Shown here: in pieces, positions 59,977 through 64,000 of the stretch | Numbering within the stretch: position 1 is the first letter of the stretch | How the letters are laid out: the number at the start of each line of letters is the position of its first letter | Assembly: GCA_047601445.1 (NCBI GenBank) | Contig: JASGJH010000001.1 | Coordinates: forward strand, 7,392,001 to 7,456,000 | Source: Myxococcales bacterium | GTDB lineage: Bacteria > Myxococcota_A > Polyangia > Polyangiales > DASUME01 | Reading direction: 5' to 3' | Length of the DNA: 64,000 nucleotides | Program-made: the position numbers and the translations under genes | The notes under the pieces: model-generated | Database searches by the model: none | The model's input: only the letters and a program-made list of their open reading frames with translations | What the model was told of the DNA's origin: nothing

Positions 59977-60753
59977 TCAAGCGGAGTGCACGACACGCGG
60001 GCCCACGCCGAGCTCGGCGAGCAGCATGCGGCGGCACTCCATGAACTGCCGGTCGCTGCGGTCCCTGGGCTGCGCGGAGGTGATCGCGTGGTCCACCACC
60101 ACGCGTCCGTGGCGCAGCACGAGGACGCGGTCGGCCAGTCGAATGGCCTCGTCGACGTCGTGGGTCACGAGCAAGACAGCGGGGTGGTGTTGGGCCAGCA
60201 GCGTGCCCACCAGATCCTGCATCTGGAGGCGCGTGAGCGCGTCGAGCGCAGCGAACGGTTCGTCGAGCAAGAGCAGCTCCGGCTCCCGCACCAGGCCTCT
60301 CGCAAGCGCAACGCGCTGCGCCTCGCCGCCCGAGAGGGTGGCCGGCCAGGCCTGCTCGTGGCTCGCGAGGCCTACTTCGGCCAACGCACGGCGCGCGACC
60401 TCCTTGGTGGTCTCGTTGCGCCGCTGTCCGATCGTCACGTTGTCGAGCACGCGCATGGAGGTGACCAGGCGCGGCTCTTGATAGACCACGGTGCGGGACT
60501 TGGGGACCAGGACCGACCCTTGATCCGGCAGCTCCAAACCGGCCAGGATCCTGAGCAAGGTGGTCTTGCCGGTGCCGCTCGCGCCGAGCAGCGCCACGAA
60601 CTCGCCGCGCGCGATGTCGAGGTCGACCTCGTCGAGCACGACCTTGGCGCCGAAGCGCTTGGAGATCTTGCGGATGCGCACGGCGGGGCCGCTCGGGCGC
60701 GTCGGCTTGAGGTCGGTCTCGGCCAGTCTCATGGGCTTGATCTCCGCGCTCAT
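59977..60753 (-). CDS. ssuB: Sulfonate-type ABC ATPase
   Basis: GASGTGKTT, WPATLSGGEAQRVALAR, LDEPFAALDALTR, VTHDVDEA. Confidence 0.9.
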   Translation of the reverse strand: MSAEIKPMRLAETDLKPTRPSGPAVRIRKISKRFGAKVVLDEVDLDIARGEFVALLGASGTGKTTLLRILAGLELPDQGSVLVPKSRTVVYQEPRLVTSMRVLDNVTIGQRRNETTKEVARRALAEVGLASHEQAWPATLSGGEAQRVALARGLVREPELLLLDEPFAALDALTRLQMQDLVGTLLAQHHPAVLLVTHDVDEAIRLADRVLVLRHGRVVVDHAITSAQPRDRSDRQFMECRRMLLAELGVGPRVVHSA

Positions 60754-61742
60754 CCGCGCACCGTGGTGTAGCGACGCCAAGGCATCGTGACGCGCTCTAG
60801 GGCGCGGATGAACAAGTCGAAGGCGATGCCGAGCAGCGCGTAGAGCGCCACGCACAGCACCATGTAGTCCTGCCGGTAGTACTGCTTGGCCAGCAGAACC
60901 AGGTATCCGATGCCCTTGGTGGTACCGACCTGCTCGGCGGCGATCAAGCCCACCACGCTGATCGCGAGGCAGATGCGCAAGGCCATCAAGAGGTTGGGCA
61001 ACGCCGAGGGCAAGATCACCCGCAGCAACAAGCCTGCGCCGTTGAGTCCGAAGCTGCGCGCCGCCTCGACCACCTTGCGATCGACGCCACGCACGCCCAG
61101 ATAGGAGTACGCATACATCGGCATGGCAGACGAGGACGCGATCAACACGACCTTGAATTGGTCGCCGATGCCGAACCAAGAAATGTAGAGCGGGACGACC
61201 GCCAAGAAGGGCACGGCCCGCAGCATCTGCATGGTCGGATCGACCAGCTCCTCCCCGAGCGCAGAGAGCCCAGCCACCACGCCCAAGAGCAGCCCGGCCG
61301 TCACGCCCAAGCTCACGCCCAGCGCCGCCCTGACGAGCGACGCAGCCAGGAACTCCTGCAGCTGCCCGCTTTGTTGCAGCTCCACGAAGGCGAGCGCCAC
61401 GTCGCGTGGAGACGCCACGATAGAGCTCGGGATGGCTCCCGTGGCCGAACCAATCCACCAGGTAAGGCCCAACGCGAGCGGAACGCTCACGCGCAATCCG
61501 AGGGACAGCCAGCGCGGCCGCGATCGCGCGCCCAGGTAGCGAGGTTGCTCGAGGTCGCCCCCGAGCGCCTCGTCCTCCTGGCTCTGCTCGCGGGCGAACT
61601 CGCCGGCTTCGACCGCGCGTGGCGCCGCCGGCTTGGTGGCGGACACGCCGCGCTCGTCCTCCGGGCCGGCCGGGAGCCTCTCGGAGACGGGACGCGCGAC
61701 GGACACCGCGCTGGACCTGCGTTCTGTGCTGATGCCGTTCAT
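60750..61742 (-). CDS. ssuC: Sulfonate-type ABC permease
   Basis: DPTMQMLRAVPFLAVVPL, WFGIGD, GVRGVDRKVVEAARSFG. Confidence 0.88.
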   Translation of the reverse strand: MNGISTERRSSAVSVARPVSERLPAGPEDERGVSATKPAAPRAVEAGEFAREQSQEDEALGGDLEQPRYLGARSRPRWLSLGLRVSVPLALGLTWWIGSATGAIPSSIVASPRDVALAFVELQQSGQLQEFLAASLVRAALGVSLGVTAGLLLGVVAGLSALGEELVDPTMQMLRAVPFLAVVPLYISWFGIGDQFKVVLIASSSAMPMYAYSYLGVRGVDRKVVEAARSFGLNGAGLLLRVILPSALPNLLMALRICLAISVVGLIAAEQVGTTKGIGYLVLLAKQYYRQDYMVLCVALYALLGIAFDLFIRALERVTMPWRRYTTVRG

Positions 61743-62761
61743 GGTGTGACTTGCTTTGCGCGCGCGGCCGCTTCGATGTCGAAGACCACGTTGTCCACGC
61801 TGAGGTTGCGATCGATCGAATGATTCTCGAAGAACAACTTGATCACGTTCGCGACGCGCCCGCGATCGTGCGGGTTCGGGACGCGCGGGACGGGCGTGGC
61901 CCGGGTCTCCGCCAGCTTGTACTCCAGCCGCTCCCCCGAGACCGCCGAGGGGCCCTTGTCGGTGAACACGTTCACGAACTTCTCCGGCTGCGCGTGGGCC
62001 TCCTGCGCGAGTCGCTGCGCGACCCGGAGCAGCGCCTGGAAGGCTGCCGGGTTCTTGGCCAGTACCTCGGCGTTGGCGGCCAGGATGGTGACGTCGTCCG
62101 AATCGAGCTCCGCCTCGTAGGCGATCACGTGGGCGCCGTTCTTCACCGCCGTGGAGAAGAACACGCCGAAGGTCGACCAGGCGTCGATCTTGCCGGTCGC
62201 GAAGGCGGCAGCGGCCTCGGGCGGCTGAATCGGCACGCGCTCCACTTTGTCGACGGGGATGTGGTGGTTGGACAGCAACTTCAAAAGCAAGTAGTCCCCA
62301 TGGGCCGCGGCGTTTACGGCCACGCGCTTGCCGATCAGGTCCTGAGGAGACTTGATGGGGCTGTCGTTGGGCACGATGATGCCCGCCTGGCGCATGTCGG
62401 ACGGATCGCCGATCGCGTAGATCTTGAAGTTCAGGTTGTGCGAGAGCGCCCCCACCACGGGGCTGATCGCGCCGCCCGAGGCATTGATGGCGCCCGTGTT
62501 CATGGCCTCGAAGTTGGCGCTGAAGGCGCCCGCGGCCGGCACCCACTCGATCTTGGCGTTCACCTTGGCCAGCTCGGGCTCGAGCAGCTTCTCGTGCTTG
62601 GCGTAGGCCCAGATGCCCGCGTTCTCCGGGTCGGAGAAGCGGAGCGTCACCGGCTCGTACCCACCCACCACAGGCTCGCGGCGGCGGTCGGCTGCGTTGC
62701 CCTTGCTGCAGGCCACGAGCAGCGCAGCCAGCAGGAGGGGGTGCAGGCGCGCGGCGCGCAT
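61739..62761 (-). CDS. ssuA: SsuA/NrtA-family substrate-binding lipoprotein
   Basis: Lipobox LLVAC, DSPIKSPQDLIGKRVAV, AFATGKIDAW. Confidence 0.8.
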   Translation of the reverse strand: MRAARLHPLLLAALLVACSKGNAADRRREPVVGGYEPVTLRFSDPENAGIWAYAKHEKLLEPELAKVNAKIEWVPAAGAFSANFEAMNTGAINASGGAISPVVGALSHNLNFKIYAIGDPSDMRQAGIIVPNDSPIKSPQDLIGKRVAVNAAAHGDYLLLKLLSNHHIPVDKVERVPIQPPEAAAAFATGKIDAWSTFGVFFSTAVKNGAHVIAYEAELDSDDVTILAANAEVLAKNPAAFQALLRVAQRLAQEAHAQPEKFVNVFTDKGPSAVSGERLEYKLAETRATPVPRVPNPHDRGRVANVIKLFFENHSIDRNLSVDNVVFDIEAAARAKQVTP

Positions 62762-62815
62762 GGGCAGGCGGCGAAGCGCGTGGTTGGCGGAGCTCCGAGT
62801 GTGATTCGTGCGCCT

Positions 62816-62831
62816 GTCTAGCATGCAAGAC
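62816..62831. promoter_or_regulatory. Island operator GTCTAGCATGCAAGAC (ssuA-C-B)
   Basis: Near-perfect palindrome, 55 nt before ATG 62761. Confidence 0.72.
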
Positions 62832-62897
62832 TCCGAGTCATCGACGACCGAACTGCGTCCGAGCCCGCCGGCGGGGCCCGGACCACGCAAGAGCGCT

Positions 62898-63962
62898 TCA
62901 GACGCTGAGCTCGCTCAGCACGGCCGCGTCCTTGGGGCGCTCGGCAAGCTCCTTCCTCGCCTGCGCGAGGGGAGCCGGATCGATCCACTGACGGATGTCG
63001 AAGTCGCCGGCCAGAAAGCCCCACTTCAGTAGGAAATTCTTGAAGTCGTCGAGCGCCTCGATGGAGGACTCTTCGAGATCGGTGCGCAGGTGGCTGCCCA
63101 CGTCGTCGCCGTAGCCGAGCCGCACGGCGGCCTCCGTGGAGCCCGTCTCGCGCGCCACGTGAGTCACGGCCGCGTCGTGATTCTTGTCGGCCCACTGACC
63201 TGCCTGCAGCACCAGCTTGACCAGCCTCACCGCGATGTCCGGGTGGCGGTCTACTAGATCGGCGTCCACCGTGAGCGTGCGCGGGGACCCGTTGTTGACC
63301 CGCACCTTGGGGTCAGGGTGCCTGCCCACGTCGTAGATCACGTGAGCCTCGATGGCCTGGGTCGCCTCGAGTCCGCGCGATCCCTTGTGGAAGATCACGT
63401 CCACGTCGCCGGCGAGCAGCGCCTTGACCTCCAGCAGCTCCCGCGGGTTGGTGCGCGGCCAGCCTCGCACGCCGCCTCCGGGGATGGGGTTGTCGGTGCG
63501 CGGCAGCTCCACCAGCGTGACGTCGCTTTCGGAGAGCCCCTCGAGCTTCAGCGCCGCGCTGTAAGCGCGCAAGGTGGTGGCCTGCCAGAAGTCGATCTTG
63601 CTATGGGGGTTGGTCAGCACCCCGAGCCGCTTGCCCTTGAGGTCGCCGATGGTCCGTACCTTGCTGTCGGGCCGGGTGAAAATGAGCTGTGCCTCGTCGG
63701 TCCAGCTCAGCCCGAGCACGCGCGTCTTGCGCCCTGTCGAGCGGGCCCAGATGGCAGGGATGTTGCCGCCCTGTCGAAACGAGTTGGCGAGCGTATGGTC
63801 GAAGTGAGAATCGCGTAGAATAGGGTCAGACTCGTCCTGCAGCGTGCGGACATCGATGCCGTCGCGCGCGAACTCCTTGCGCACCCAATCGAGCTGGGCG
63901 GCGATGCCGAGCGGGGTGGGCACGGGACAACGCGTATACCAGAGAGTCTGTAGCTTGCTCAT
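62898..63962 (-). CDS. DszB-like protein, paralog 5
   Basis: TLWYTRCPVPT, SHFDH, FRQGGNIPAIW, RVNNGSPRTLT; AAGGAG RBS; no signal peptide. Confidence 0.87.
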   Translation of the reverse strand: MSKLQTLWYTRCPVPTPLGIAAQLDWVRKEFARDGIDVRTLQDESDPILRDSHFDHTLANSFRQGGNIPAIWARSTGRKTRVLGLSWTDEAQLIFTRPDSKVRTIGDLKGKRLGVLTNPHSKIDFWQATTLRAYSAALKLEGLSESDVTLVELPRTDNPIPGGGVRGWPRTNPRELLEVKALLAGDVDVIFHKGSRGLEATQAIEAHVIYDVGRHPDPKVRVNNGSPRTLTVDADLVDRHPDIAVRLVKLVLQAGQWADKNHDAAVTHVARETGSTEAAVRLGYGDDVGSHLRTDLEESSIEALDDFKNFLLKWGFLAGDFDIRQWIDPAPLAQARKELAERPKDAAVLSELSV

Positions 63963-64000
63963 CGAGATGCTCCTTCGGTTCCGGGCCGGGACGCCGCCAT

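Noticed and set aside
25397..63962. Assigning the island as a dibenzothiophene (dszABC) pathway
   Set aside because: No DszC-like acyl-CoA-dehydrogenase-fold monooxygenase in this window, and similarity is family-level only; substrates are unknown.

Overview
GC-rich bacterial DNA, most likely Myxococcota (inferred from ECF sigma/membrane anti-sigma pairs, Asp-Ala-Gly-rich lipoprotein linkers and a Cys-rich myxobacterial-type repeat). Positions 1-14.5 kb are accessory: two ECF modules (one a sigma/anti-sigma-like fusion), lipoproteins, an AraC regulator, an SDR-CMD-TetR cassette and a lipoprotein closely resembling the N-deacetylase half of animal heparan-sulfate NDST enzymes. Positions 14.6-64 kb form an organosulfur-scavenging island of at least 49 kb that reaches the right edge. 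It holds ssuE, a sigma54 activator, two XRE-cupin regulators, five signal-peptide-less DszB-like proteins, two NtaA/DszA-family flavin monooxygenases, TonB-ExbBD with a TonB-dependent receptor, Yej-like and Ssu-like ABC importers, an MdtABC-like RND pump, TolC, two heterodimeric ABC exporters, an MFS transporter and a stand-alone glmS. A 16-bp palindrome, GTCY-N8-RGAC with an AT-rich core, occurs 12 times (one copy with a mismatch) in front of almost every operon of the island. Eight genes carry single-base frameshifts that look like sequencing errors, five in or beside GATC. No rRNA, tRNA, CRISPR array or mobile element was seen. All family assignments come from motif recognition by eye, not database searches.
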